Origin: Catajapyx aquilonaris
Lineage: Eukaryota
NCBI GenBank assembly: GCA_000934665.2
Contig: KZ537981.1
Coordinates: 62,001-126,000 of the forward strand
DNA length: 64,000 bases
Direction of reading: 5' to 3'
The translations under genes were made by a program, and so were the position numbers. Below the pieces are notes generated by a model. It saw only the letters and a program-made list of their open reading frames with translations, was not told the origin of the DNA and searched no databases. Shown piece by piece: positions 47,905 through 61,275 of the stretch (position 1 is its first letter; each line of letters opens with the position of its first letter).

Positions 47905-48790
47905 ATAAATCGAAATCGCTGATCGCATATCGAAAATCTAAACATATATCGGCTTTCATATATAGCTAGTTTCAAATATCAATAATGTTCGATATATCGA
48001 AATTGCGTGTTACATATCGATATCAAAAATCTGCGGAACACTGACATATATCGATTCAAAATCTTCGATGATATTGCATATCGATAATCTCACAATTATG
48101 ACATCGGTCTCCATGCATGTGCAATATCGCCGATATGGAGGAAATATCGATAACATGTGCGATGCATCGAAGTCGTACAAAGCATATCGATAATCTAAAG
48201 TACGGTATATCGGTTTCCATATCTTTAAAATGTAAATATCGATAACATTCGATATATTGAAATCACATACAGGGTTCGTGTTTCAAGTATTTGCGTCACT
48301 TCTTGATAACTGACATCGGGCGATATCAGTTATCACGAAGTGACCCAAATACTCTCCAATATATTGCATATCGATCATCTAAACTACGATATATCGATTC
48401 GAATATACAGTATTTAAAGATATTATCGATAATCTACAGGGTGGTCCAAGTTCAAGTGTCGTTTTATAACGGCGATTAATAGAAGCGCTTAACGATGACG
48501 TAGCAGCGACGTGTAAAATTGCCCACTTCGGTTGCGCCGAAGATGCGCCGAAGTGGGACATTTTACGCGTCGCTGCTACGTCATCGCAAAATCACTGCTA
48601 TTAATCGCCGTTATAAAACGACACTTGAACTTGGACCACCCAGTAGATTACGACATATCGGTTTCCATACCTTGAAAGCGATATGGAGGAAATATCGATA
48701 GCACGTGTGAATATGTAGTATCGAAATATTTTTCGACGCAATCGACACACGTACAAACTGTCGTCGATCATCAGATATCGGTGAAGATGG
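47905..48790. repeat. ATCGAT-rich degenerate repeat interrupted by the MITE
   Basis: Dense ATATCGA/ATCGATA words. The internal unit ATCGATAATCTA...ATATCGGTTTCCATA recurs. Confidence 0.75.
48437..48643. mobile_element. 207-bp fold-back MITE, copy 2 (opposite orientation, nested in the ATCGAT repeat)
   Basis: Near-identical to 21907-22113 in reverse, with TA on both sides. Confidence 0.93.
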
Positions 48791-50296
48791 ACAGGTGCCA
48801 ACTACCTGTGGGATTTGTTGGCACGCTGTCGGGAGGGCCTCTCGTCGCTTGCCGATGCAAGGCGGGTTGCACCTTGATTGGAACTGTACCGAATAAAATC
48901 GGGCAATCCGGTTAGGGCAGAGCTGCAGCAAGCAGGAGAGAGGCCACAGGTAGGAGTATAAGAAAGGTCTGTGCGAAACACGCTTGATGAGCTCGAGGAA
49001 AAACAGCGTAACTGTGTCTGCCAAGTGTATAGCATGGTGTCAACAGTTGACAGGAACTGGGCACCCAAGAAATTGCCAAAATTTCTATAGTCACGAGATA
49101 CAAACGGGCCAATGCGTCATGTAAGTAGCAAAGGTGCCAACCTCTGCAGCAGGAGGGCCTTCAACTCTACCTGCGCAAAACCTCACCCAGGTTGCAACAT
49201 CCTCCGGAATTCCAGTGACGAATAATCCTCCCTCCCTATGTGACGACCTAACGACGGACTAATTGGTTTCGAAACATCTCCGTGCTGTGTAAGCCTTAAT
49301 GGCACGCAATCTCTCATCACCTGTCCTCTTTCTCTCTCTTTTTTTGCATTCTTCATTTTTTATATCCTTTTGAAATTTTTTTTGCGATGCTCCGAAAGAT
49401 TCCTTGGCGTCCAGCCCGGGCATAAACACACGTCCGTCATGCGTGTTGTTTACCCTATAGTTTTGGCCCAATGCTGCGCGGTGTTCACTGCCCTGAAGTC
49501 GGGTCAGGGTTGCCAGGCAAATTCTCCTGCCCCAATATGGCAGCCATGACAAGGTCGCCAGGTGAAAATTTAACGCATCATGACCTGGCCACCTTGTAAC
49601 AGTGACAGCCGCCATGTTGTATAGTTGGCGGATCAGGCAACCGTGACTCCTCCCTGATGAACACCTTGTCGAGTCACGATAACTGTAGCGCTGACCTACC
49701 ATAGCCGAATGCCGGGTTAAATGAGGCTCAGCAAAAGAGGTTCGAAAAACAGGAAGGTGTCCGCGCATATCCTGACAAGAATGCAACTACTGGCCCCTAT
49801 TTTTATACGCACGACGACCCAGCACCCCCCGAAAAATCCTCTCCAGGTCACAGGGTTTTTTGGAGCCAAGGTTGCCAACCGCGGGCCAACACTCAAAGGG
49901 AACGTCGGAAATAATCCGAGAGATCGCGACCTTGAAATGTTCCGTCTGTTTCTTAATTAATGCGGTTGTGGAGGGCCAAAAATGAGGCGCCCTCAGGGTG
50001 GGTGAGTTAGTTTTTTTGGTGTTTACCCCCTCCCCCACACACACACCAGGCCGACGCCACCGACGCCTTCTTGGCAACCCTGCTGGGCGCCCCCAAAAAG
50101 GTCACTATACCGCTGTTTGTTGCCACAATGTGTGTACTGAGCAGGTAACTTTCAGAGAATGTTCTGGCTCACGTCACCTATACTATACTATTAGGAGTGA
50201 TGCAGCAAGAATATTATTGAGAGAAGTCTATTATACTGTATACAGAACAATATTGCAATATTTTGGACTTTCCGGAATCAGTATAAGACATCACAA

Positions 50297-50822
50297 GTTT
50301 CAGCACTCTCAGTAGTCTGAAAGTGGGTTAGGTAGTCCAGACATACGAACTTCCTGTTTTATATGTAGAGATTTCAGCACTCTCAGTATCCTGGATGTTG
50401 GTTAGGTAGCCTGAACACACGAACTTTCTGTTTTATACGTATTTAGAAATTTCAGCACTCTCAGTAGCCTGAGAGGGGTTAAGTAGCCCGAACATATAGA
50501 CTGTCTGTTTTAGACTTCAGCACTCTCAGTAGTTTGGAAGTAGATTAGGTAGCCCAGGGGTCATACAAACTTCCTGTTTTATATATGAGACGATAGAGAG
50601 AAGACCTTTCAGTAGTCTGGAAGTGGGTAGGTAACCCGGCCATATAGGCAAACTTTCTGCTTTATATATTATAGAGATATAGAGACAATACTCAGCAGTC
50701 TCAGTAGTCTGAAAGTGGGTTAAGTAGCCTGGACATAAAGGCTGTCTGTTTTACATTATATAGATATTTCAGCACTCTCAGTAGTCCGAAAGTGAGCTAG
50801 GTGGCCCGGACACACAGACAGA
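50297..50822 (-). repeat. Tandem array of about 70-90 bp units, probably Helitron-derived
   Basis: TTTCAGCACTCTCAGTAG..AAGTGGGTTAGGTAG..GACATAC.AACTT..TGTTTTATA repeated about 7 times. Reverse complement of the 55043-55390 family. Confidence 0.8.
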
Positions 50823-51849
50823 TTTCATCCCAGCCAAACGGAACTGCGCATGCGCGTCCTCCCCGCCAATCAGTGCCTGTCCATTCTTCCGAAACACCTA
50901 CCATCAGCCGAGAATGTCCATCACGAAAACAACGTGGGCCGGATGGACAAGGACTTGAAATAATTTAACAGGCCCGCATCCAATAAACCTTCAAACAACA
51001 AAAAATAGCTATTTCATTTCCCGTGACAGCTAGTCGATCGGCTTTTGCTGATGGTTATAATATCGGATGGGTTTTTGCGGGGAAAGAGAATAAGTCGATA
51101 CGCACGCTCGGTAAGCAAAAACACACGCCAATGAGAGGCGTGAATAATTCAGCGCGGCTATAGTTGAAGGCCCACCGACCAACCAAACTTACGGGGTTGT
51201 CCTCCCCAGCAACCGGTTGCCGGAGTAAACAAAAACGTCAACAACAACACCGCAACTTTGGGGATAGGTAAAGTGCGCAATTTTCAAACGTGCCCCCAGT
51301 ACCCTCCCTAGCAACCTGAAGAGCTTACCGTGTCCGATGCAATCCTGCGGTAAATCCGACACAAGCGTCACAAGCGTGCGTTCCGGTGCGTAAATCCCGT
51401 GCGTGCCTTGCGTTCGGGCAGGCATCCAGAGGCCATGTGAGCGCTTGGCTCCTCCTACACCTCTCTCAACCAAACTCAAAGGTGTGTGTGTGTGTGTGTG
51501 TTGATCCAAAAAATAGTGGAAGAGGAGGGTACTAGGAACCCTCGAAAACAGACGGCGCCACTCTCTGGGCCCCCATTGGACGGATCAAAGGCACCCAACA
51601 GCCATCTGCTGCTCGGACACTGCAACAATACATGCCAGTTTTCGACAGGGTGTCTAATAAATAATGTATCAGTCCCTCCACATCTGACCACCAGTCAATA
51701 ACAGCGCAAGGGGTACCACCATGTCCTGCAAATTCCAGTAGTCAACCTGATTTTAACTTAATTAACCTAATAGTGCTCACCAATGAGTGGAACGGTGGGC
51801 TGGAAATCTGATGGCACATCATAATTCCTAGAAAGGCCTGAAATCCTGC

Positions 51850-51955
51850 AGAGTCTCTATAAATCCATTGGGAGTCCCAATGAATCTCCAGGAATCCATT
51901 GGAGTCACAAGGAGTCTCGAGGAATTCATCGGAGTCACAAAGAGCTTCCAGAACC
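51850..51955. repeat. Short degenerate 30-bp tandem repeat
   Basis: GGAGTC(C/A)CAA..A.TCTC.AGGAAT.CAT repeated about 3 times. Confidence 0.65.
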
Positions 51956-52027
51956 TGGAAACAAAGTCTGGGGATAATATTCCAGCGCTGCCATAAAGTC
52001 TGAATTCGTGTGTAGCATGCACTTAAC

Positions 52028-52033
52028 TTTATT
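52028..52033 (-). terminator. Candidate polyadenylation signal (AATAAA) of TRIT1
   Basis: First AATAAA seen on the minus strand after the stop codon, about 470 nt downstream. Confidence 0.55.
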
Positions 52034-52504
52034 ACAAATCATCTGCATACATAATAAACTCAATCCCATTACACGCTTCATGGCCGTGGAGTGTCACGGT
52101 GCATCATGGCATGTCATGCCAGCCTCGAGGCCTTTGCAGGCATGATGGGCTTCATAAATAGTCCCCGCTGAACACTTATGACTAGCTACAAAATGCAAGG
52201 AGTCCAGTTACGTGCCACACCTTTCCGAAAACCAGACTTTCAGCGTTAGTTATTCATATCACACAGGACATATGCTTATTGATCATGTTCTGATATCGGC
52301 AATTAATGACCAGAAAACCTTTGCAGTTTACTATTGGATACTCGAGTACAGCTGTACCACCCCACAAAAACATAATCCGGCTGGAAATGGGCCAAAACAG
52401 TTTGTTACGTACTGTTGACAACAATGTGTAACAAACTTTTCCGCCTATTTTCCATCTGGAAAATGTTACCTGGATATCGACGAGCCAACCTGCACAAATG
52501 CAGT

Positions 52505-53030
52505 TCAGTTGGCCACTGAAGTTGAACTTTCAACATCAGTCATGGTCACCGCACCGCTCTGACGCTTCTTCATCCTCTTGTGATGCTTCCTGGAACCAAC
52601 ATGCACTCTCCACTGGTCGTCCCCAACCAAAAACTGGTCGCACGTCTCGCATCTTCTGACACCCCGCAAGCTCCCTATGGTCCGTTCCTCCTGAGCCAGC
52701 GGATCCACCGCTGGCTTCCTCCCTTTCAGTGCAGCTTGAACAACCTCCACCGACGGCTCCAGCACCTTCTGGTCCCAATCGGCCGGCTCAGTCGCATCCA
52801 ACGCGTACACCGGCGGCACCGGCCTCCCTGGCTGGCGCAGAAACCTATTGCGGATCCACTTAACCTGCCTCCTGGAGTATGCTCGCGTTGCCCTCTTCAG
52901 CTGCTCAACACAGTCCATCAACCTCTTCTGGCCATCCTCAGACTCTCGCTGGTCATCCGGTAGAAGCAAGTAGTCGTGGAACTCTTTGAAGCCTATGGAC
53001 TGGAATATTCCATGGGTGTAGTCCGGAGTC
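52505..53030 (-). CDS. TRIT1: tRNA dimethylallyltransferase last coding exon with C-terminal matrin-type C2H2 zinc finger
   Basis: GIFQSIGFKEFHDYL, LKRATRAYSRRQVKWIRNRF, CETC...WRVHVGSRKH. Acceptor TTTTTGCAG|G. TGA at 52507-52505. Confidence 0.96.
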
Positions 53031-55042
53031 CTGCAAAAAAAAAACACACAATAATGTTACTATTACAGCAGGTTAAATTATCAAATATGATAATAAGGGA
53101 GTTCAAACTACGCTCTATTTTTCTGTAGTTCAATCTAACGCCAACAGATGTCTGGCTTCGTTCACGCTCAGTCCACTAGATGGCGCGAGGGAGGCCAATC
53201 CCATATCGGCACATTATGGCGGGAAAATCACTTCTCACGTGGCTCTCACATTTTTTAAAAGATTTTTGTTTTTAAAATTAGCAGTGGGTGTGAGGAACCT
53301 AAGAGCTAGGAGGGTGTGTGCACCAAGCCCTGCGAAAAAAAAAAACCCGCCTTTGACGTCACCCTAAAATTGGCACACTGTGATTATCCGATTTCGGTGG
53401 CAGCGTCTGCGTGTGAAGACGGTTGCGTCACAAATCCAAGAATAAAAATACAAGGAGCTTCAGACGCTTTATTGTCATGCGACCCACGCAACGTCTGCCA
53501 TGTGTGCCACTCACTAATTAGTCTAGAGCTCGTGCCGGCCGCAACAATGTTCATAAAAGGCGATGTTTATAATACCAGAGAATGCGTACAACTGGGAGCG
53601 ACAATTCGCTAATAATAATCATTATTATTATTATTATTGAAGCAACATTTCATAATCGAATTATGTCACACAATTTGCGACGCCACGGAACTGTCTGCTT
53701 GTCTATATAGTGCAGCAGTATTTGTTTTTCTGCAACTGCTTCTGCGATGCAATTTTTGCACTTCCGTTTATCGTTTTTGCATTACCAGGAGGAAATATCT
53801 GGTTCCCATTCTGAAGGTTGGGTAATTCAGCAGCAGACCCACATATGCGGCGCTCCGACTTTTGTTTTCTGCGAATGCAAATTGCGTGTCCATGAATAGC
53901 CACGGATCGTAATGCAATAACACGTGTGCACTACATCCAAGCTGCTTACATTAATTACTAACTGCTAGGCCCTAATTAGGAGCACAGCGAAGACAGTCAC
54001 GTATCGGTATGTAAATTCATATCTCGATACAAAATAATCGTCAGTAATATTTGCCATAAAACGAAACAAACGGAAAGGCATAACGCACACAAATTTGCAA
54101 TAATTCAATGTAAAATGCACTTACAGCAAAAAATTAATCAACAATGAACATTACTTGTACATTTTTATTTATTTATACTTTCGTATTACACACGAATAAG
54201 TAAACAAATAAATAGCAGTCTACAAGTTAAGTTTTTGCTAGGGTATATATGTGAAAAGTGCATTTTACATTTTAATTTACTCGTTATTCCTCTCTACAAT
54301 TTTATGTGCAAATACGTCTATTCCTTGCGTCTATTTATTGCGTACTTCGCAATGCCAATTACCGACCGGACATTTCACCATAATTACTAGCCGACTTCTC
54401 CGGTTTGCACCACATACTTTACGATCATGTTTCGCAGATGATGTACCGCTATGTAGTGTCGCGTTACAAATTCCAGAAACAAATGAGTCGACTAAGTACT
54501 CTCAGGTTTTACTGCTCGAGTAATATAAGGGCAAAAATTTGATTCCCAGCGGAAGTGAGTGGGGTGATGATTCATTCGAGCAGGAATCCAATGTTTTTTT
54601 ATATATATATTTTGATCCCGGCGACATCCTCAAAATGTTCCCACCTGTCCATTTGTCACTTGCACACATGTTGTCAACTGACAGCAACAGGAAGTACAGC
54701 TTTTCCTTCCGTAAACCAACACCCGCCTTGTCCAGCATCAGCCCACAAAAACGGAGATAATAATAATGCAGGCTCCGGAGGAGGAGGAGGGCCATAAGAA
54801 AAGCGAAATGAACGCGTAGGAGGAAAAGAAAAGGTTTCTTTTTTTTTCCCACGCTCCCGGCGGGGGTAACGAGATTCCTGGCTGCAAATCACCTGGTTAC
54901 GCAACCGCACACACTGTCTACGACCCAGACTGGCTTGCATCCTCTCACAACACAAGGTCACACCTTCTGGGTGTGGCCCTACAGGTCATCAGTCACATAT
55001 CTTCAACAAGAAATCAGTATCCCCCAAGAGCAGCCTAAATAA

Positions 55043-55390
55043 TCTTACATAATAAATCAAGACAGTTTGTCTGCATGTCCGGGCTACCTAACCCACTTTT
55101 GTAGCACTGAGAGCAATGAAACTTGCATCTATATCTCTGCATATAAAACGGAGAGTTTGTCTGTATGTACGGGCTACCTGACCCACTTTTGTAGCACTGA
55201 GAGTGATGAAACTTGCATATCTATATCTCTGTACATAAAACGGAGAGTTTGTCTGTTTGTACTGGCTACCTGACCCACTTTTGGAGTACTGAGAGTCCTG
55301 AAACTCTTGTCTCTACATCTCTGTACATAAAACAGAAAGTTTGTCTATATGCCCGGGATACCTAACCCACTTTTGGAGTACTGAGAGGGG
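55043..55390 (+). repeat. Tandem array of about 90-bp units, probably Helitron-derived, in the last TRIT1 intron
   Basis: Four copies of AGTTTGTCTG..TG..CGGGCTACCT.ACCCACTTTT...CTGAGAG. The array begins A|TCTTACATAATAAA. Confidence 0.8.
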
Positions 55391-56350
55391 TGTTGAAACT
55401 TGGCACACTCATGGCTTATGTGCCAAGTCACAAAATCCTAATTGGGTCCTAATTTACCCAAAATGTATAGGATGTAGTTTGGTATATTTTACACTGAGAC
55501 CCACCGTAAACTGATTACAGGGTCGATCTTTAATTAGAACGACCTATTGAATAACCAATTGCACTTGAGTCGCAGAGTTCAAACAACTCACAAAAGGGAA
55601 TCGGTGAAGGAGACTGCGGGGTCGCAGGAAGTGTCTTTACGTAACCAAACTGTGACTATATAGGTGGGACATAAACCTAGCTGCCCCATCATTATGACTT
55701 ATGTGACAGGCCAGTGCGTCTCATCAAATCCAAGACAAAGGTTATGTAAATCATGTATACGTAAACACGTAGAAACAATCTTGACAACTGAATGTGACCC
55801 GGTTGGAAGCTGGAATTTGGCAACAGTGTAGTAGACTAATAAAGGTGTTTATGGTGGTGACTCTTCAGAAAGTGTCACCAGTGCGATGCCTGCCTCGGAT
55901 TTTTGATGGAGGTCAGTCAACTAGGGGGAAAAGAATGCGGCGAGTCCGGTTCCTTCTGTTGGCAGCAACGGCGGCGCAACAAAACCGACCGTTTATTGCG
56001 ACTCGTCTGTACCTCTTTTACCCCCGCAACGAGGCGTCGGGTGCGTCGAACCCCCTCCAAAAAAGAGAGAGACACGTCCTTGCTGGCACAGCACCAGGCG
56101 TCTATTTCCATGGGGAGCAGCAGCAACCAGCAGAAAAGGAGAGACAATTTGCCAGAAGACGTCCCACCTCATCTAACTACCTTGATTGGCTGCTCACGTA
56201 ACCAGGTCGTTGACTAGGTTACGTCTGAAGAGGACACGGTTTGAGGGACGGGGGAAATGTTAGCCCGGACATACCGACAAACTTTACTCTTTATATATGA
56301 TATGTAAGATAAGATGCATTTTCTGTGGGGGGGAAAAAAATGACACCCAC

Positions 56351-56605
56351 TGGTTCTGTTGGATCCTCTGCTGGTTGTGGAGCTTGTGGAAGTTGTCCAG
56401 CTCCTCCAGCAGCCCCTGGTCCATCATCTGGTCCACTCTCTGGTCCAGACGCGTGTCCAGGATGGCCTGCTGGCTCTGGAGCCAGAGGATGAGGCAGTTT
56501 GGGAACCTCAACGGTCCACCGAGGGAGCTCCCGCCTTCCTTGGACCTCTGCTCTCGAAGGATGCTGCTCAGGGTGCGACCTTCTCGTTCCAGAACCTCCA
56601 GTGCA
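56351..56605 (-). CDS. TRIT1: tRNA dimethylallyltransferase penultimate coding exon
   Basis: (R)ALEV...LGGPLRFPNCLILWL...LDTRLDQRVDQMMDQGLLEEL. Acceptor TTCCAG|T, donor CA|GTGGGT. 255 nt, phase 2-2. Confidence 0.95.
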
Positions 56606-56618
56606 CTGGAACAAATCA

Positions 56619-56713
56619 TCTGTATAATAATTATTATATAAAAGGGCAAGTTTGTTTGTCCATTTTCATACCCATTTTGCTCGATACATTTGGTCGTGCA
56701 AAGCCGCTGCTAG
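56619..56713 (+). mobile_element. Miniature non-autonomous Helitron-like element
   Basis: 5' A|TC...TATATAAAAGGGCAAGTTTGTTTGTCC and 3' CGTGCAAAGCCGC..CTAG resemble recalled arthropod Lep1-type Helitron ends. Similar 5' ends at about 22160, 45605, 46580 (minus) and 56260-56315 (minus). Confidence 0.55.
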
Positions 56714-59700
56714 CAAGAATATATCTATAAATAAATATTCGTCGTATGCATTGACACAATCGTATTTTATGCAGGACTGGAAATGGCAGTCCTGAGAGAG
56801 CTAACCTACATAAGGGAAATGAACCAAAAATATGAAATTATCCATGGCAGCTTCTTCTAAAATAGTTTTAAATGTGTCCCATAAAGGAAATCAGGAGAAA
56901 TCGGGAAATCGCCTGATTCCAAGAAATCCACAGCACTTCGAGAGACATTCAAAGGGTGAAAGGAAGCGCCTCCAAGAAAAAGACACGGGAAAGCTTATTT
57001 GCATAATGCATAATCGAGGAAATTCTGCGACACATATAGAATCCAGGCCATGTGGTAAGTCTGAGAAGAAGAAGAAAAAAAAAACACGAAAACATCTGCA
57101 AATGGCAGAGGTATTAAGTTTTTGAATCGTTGATTGGTTCACTGTGTGTGAAGTTCGAGAGAAAAAAATCTAGGAAATTCGGAATTCGCCTACATAATTC
57201 AAAAGATGTAATTCTCCAGAGAACCTGAAAATTAAAAGCAAGGTCTTCTGGAGAAGAAAAAAAAATCGCGCAAACAGGAAACCGTCAAGAAACTCGCAGA
57301 GAACAAGAAGCCTTAAATATCCACAGAATCCAAACAAAACCCACGCAGTTCGTGAAAACTAATCAAAAGTAATAAAACCCTCAGTCGGAAAATATGAACC
57401 GTATGGGCTGGAAATTCAAGCGGAAAATTTACAAAATTCGCAATCCTCTGTACGGATATTATTGAGGGAAAACATTTGAAAATGTGTGCCCATTCCAATA
57501 AAAATCCAGATAAAATTCCAAATCTGGTCGTAAAATCGGGATTAATTGATACGAAAATACACAAAATTCCGGAAATCAGTAATATCCCACAGGATGTATC
57601 CAAAAAGGACTTGCTAAAAAAAAAAATCCGCCTCGAATCCAGGGGGGCGTGCTTCCTGGAAAATCCAGGTCACCCATATTATAATATTTCCCCCTGCGAA
57701 ATAAATTTCCAAGAGTCAGAATCCGGTTTGTGTGCAGTTCCTTCAACCCCTTATGAGTAACTGAATCTCCGTAACTCTTTGTCGCCGTCTGCATTGCAAT
57801 AATTATAACCAGTTTTTTATTTTCTTCTTGCAATTGGCCAATTCCTGTACCTCCCTCCAGAAATTCCTGGAGTGGAAAGAGCGTAAGTGGAAGTCGTTCG
57901 CAATTCATGTGTGGACTTGCCCTTAGCCTTGAGAGAGGGGCGCCCCACCTTCCCCCCCTGCCCCTGGGTCCATTTCCTCTGTAGGGCCCCTCGGCCTTGA
58001 AGTGTTGAGGAGGACTCTGCCCCCAGTGCCAGAGGACTTCAAGGGCATCCCCATTCAATCCTCTCTCTAGCTAGCTCGCTCACTAGTCTAGTCCATATTT
58101 ATACAACTCACGAGGTCGCACATCCTTTTCCAGTGCAACCAATTACCTTTCGTAAGATCTTGTCACCATCTGCAGTGTGACATTGGGGGGTCACCAGTGA
58201 CACGTTGTTCCTCGAATCTGTACTCATCTGGCCCGATGATGAGTCAGTCACCAATCTAACAGCAAAAATCTTTGAGTCACTACTTGAGTTAGCTGGAATT
58301 GCTCTATTCCTGGATTGGATGAGTTACGGGGCCTGCACGCGACCCACGCAACGTCATCATCAAATATGCACTGACCAGCTGACCACTTAACAAGTCTACT
58401 AACACATTCGCTGAAAATATTATTTATTGGAAAAGAACAAAAAAAAATGTCGCCAGGTCTTTCAACTATAATGTGTCACGAGACACCTTGACATGTGCCA
58501 ATTATGTAGTCTTGTCTATAACTAGTTGATAGCCCCTTTTCCGATGTAACGAGGCAGACGTCTATTGGTCACTAGGACAATAGTCGCGTGCTTGGTTCTT
58601 TGCGTTTACGACCCGATAGTGATGCATATTTTTGGTCCGAAGAAAAAACTGCTACACGAGATGGGTGCTATTAAAGTATATAGAACCGAGTCTATAATTG
58701 AGGCCTGCCTTTTTTAAATCGTGCAATGTCGATGGTGGCTATTAATAGCCTGTTGCAAAGTGGTTTAAAATTTGCCTGGCCTCTCGATATAATGGTATAG
58801 AAGTGCTTATATATGAATATGGATTTAAAAGTCCAACGACTCGGATGACATTTAAGTCGTGTTAATTATTTTAAATTCGCAATTACAGCTTTTCTTGCGA
58901 CGCCATTTCTAACTATATACGGTATGCAAAAAGATGCCAATTACTTAACAAATAGTAACATAAAACACAAATGTACTTGTATAATACTGAAGCACAACTT
59001 TATTCATATAAAATGCGTATTTCTGAAATAATAACGACATAACTAATTTCGATACTTTCATAGCCAAATCAATGCCTTAAAAGGTAATGACAGTTACTTT
59101 AATTGTTCGGCACAAATTCGCGGAATTGTCTCGTCAGTTATTAAACCAGGAATCTTTATATGATTTCACTCCATTTCCGGTGCAAGAACCTGATCCTTTC
59201 CTTTCTTTCTTTTTATTCGATTGTTGGCAAGTTCCAATTTCGTAACAACCCGTACATATATAGCTCGACCTTGAGACGCAGACAAAAAGCCGCGTCATTT
59301 GGTCATTTACACCCGGTTGTACGAACGCAAAATTACGAGAAACACGTACCATTACGTAACCATCATCATGATTGCAGGAAATGTGCACGTTGCACACTCC
59401 AGCAGACATGAAAGTGATTGTTTACCACCAGCAACTTGTTCGAAGACAAGCAACAATCTTTTGAATTTATGCACCAAATGTGATTTTTCTCTAATTATTA
59501 TCAGTGCTGATGTCGCGTGTCTTTAAATAATAAAAAAAGTTCTGGCGGCTTCTGTACTCTGGCTGGATTGCTGCTTACGCAGCATTTGCGATCGAAAACA
59601 TGTGTTGTGTACACATACTTATTTATCGGTGCAGCATATGACGTGTCATATATGTAAACTGTATAAGGTTCCGTCTTTCGTTATCAGCAGGCCAGATATA

Positions 59701-60609
59701 AGGTCGGATCACAGATTAAAAGTTTTGGACCCGCGGTCAAACAAAAACACATTAATTTCCTCGAAATTATGCAATCACGCTGCCAGACCTCATTAAACTT
59801 ATAGCCACTTCTTAATTACCGCTAATTATTTACGTAAACATCTACCCTGAGAGGATATCGGGGTTTTGCACCTGAAACCGAGTACTTACAGTATTATTAT
59901 TATTATGTGCACTTACGTCGACTATTGCAAGTGTACTTATTCTGTCTTACCCAGACAAGCCCATCAGTTACGTAATGGTCTGGGGAAAATGTGCATAAAT
60001 CGATTCCGCCAATATTATTGCCAAAAAAATTGGCGTACATTTCCCGATCCGCAAACCACAACATTGTTGATCTAAAAACCCTGGATCCAATGTTTTGTGC
60101 TCGATCAGCTGTGTCCGTCTGCCTGCCTGTGTCTGTCTGGCAGAACTGGGTTGTGTTGCGTAAGGGTGGCAAAGAGGGAGGTCAAGGTCAAGGTCACCCC
60201 TCCACGGTGGGTGATGGGAGGCGGAAAAAGGAGGGGTTGAACGGCCCAGAGCGCGGGAAAAACGTGCGTCGCACTTACTGTATGAGTAACAAACCCAACC
60301 AGACAGAGAAAAGTAATAGGAAAAAAAAAATAGTTGGCGGGAAAATCATGCGCGACTCGTCCTTTGTGGCCCTGTCTACTCTTTTTTTTATATATACATA
60401 TACTATATGTTATACTGTTATGCACGAGCTAAACAGACTCGTTACTCGCACGCAGTGTGTGACCAACCAACACTAATAGCAATGAAAGGAGGAGGATACA
60501 GGACGGTGAGGTGTACTAGTCTGGCACACAAAGAGGCCGGGGAGAGTTACGGGTTGTCACTTTTATTTTATTTTTTATTTTTTATACAATTACGGATCCC
60601 TTACGGCTT

Positions 60610-61275
60610 CATTTCGCTTCATTTTATTGTCCATTCTGTATATATTTTTAACGTTTTAACCTAATTCCTATATTTGTTATTTTAATATAATATTTTATGC
60701 AGTATATTAATAACATCATTCTTTATTTTATCTACACTATATTTATTTATTTAGTTTATCTGCATTATATTTATATTATGTATTACATAATTTACTTGTA
60801 CCAATTTATTGACTTGTACTACATTACATAACAATTTACGTCGCGTATATAAATATTTGTTACGTAATAATTGAGATGTTTAAATGTTTAGGCAGTAGGT
60901 GACTTGTGTATTTGTTTACATTAAATGCGCTGCATAATTACATTTATATTAGTTATAAGCAAGTTGGAGGGCTTATTCACATGCATTCAATGTGTATTCT
61001 ACTGTAACAGTATATTGTGCACACTTTTTTATTTATATTTCTTATTTTATATTTATTATTTTACTCGTTCGTTATTTTATCTATTTATCTATCTATTGAT
61101 CGATTATTTATTTTTATTCACTTATTCACTATATATTTATTTATTCACTTATTTATTTATTTATTCCATTATTCATCATAATTTGTTTATTTATTCCCTT
61201 ATTTATTATTTACTTGTTTATTCACTTTTTATTCATTCATTCATTCATTCATTTCTTTCTTTCTTCTTCTTTTAC
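60610..61275. repeat. AT-rich low-complexity tract with (TTTA)n/(TTCA)n
   Basis: Direct inspection. It explains the spurious F/I/Y/L-rich ORFs. Confidence 0.85.

Noticed and set aside
48983..49010. TTGATGAGCTCGAGGAAA as a hammerhead ribozyme core
   Set aside because: It lacks the conserved C of CUGANGA, and I found no convincing stems I and III.
49505..50082. CAGGGTTGCCA ... TGGCAACCCTG as one hAT-type MITE (similar pair at 136-408)
   Set aside because: There is no target-site duplication and the word is scattered through the window, so pairing these particular ends is unsupported.
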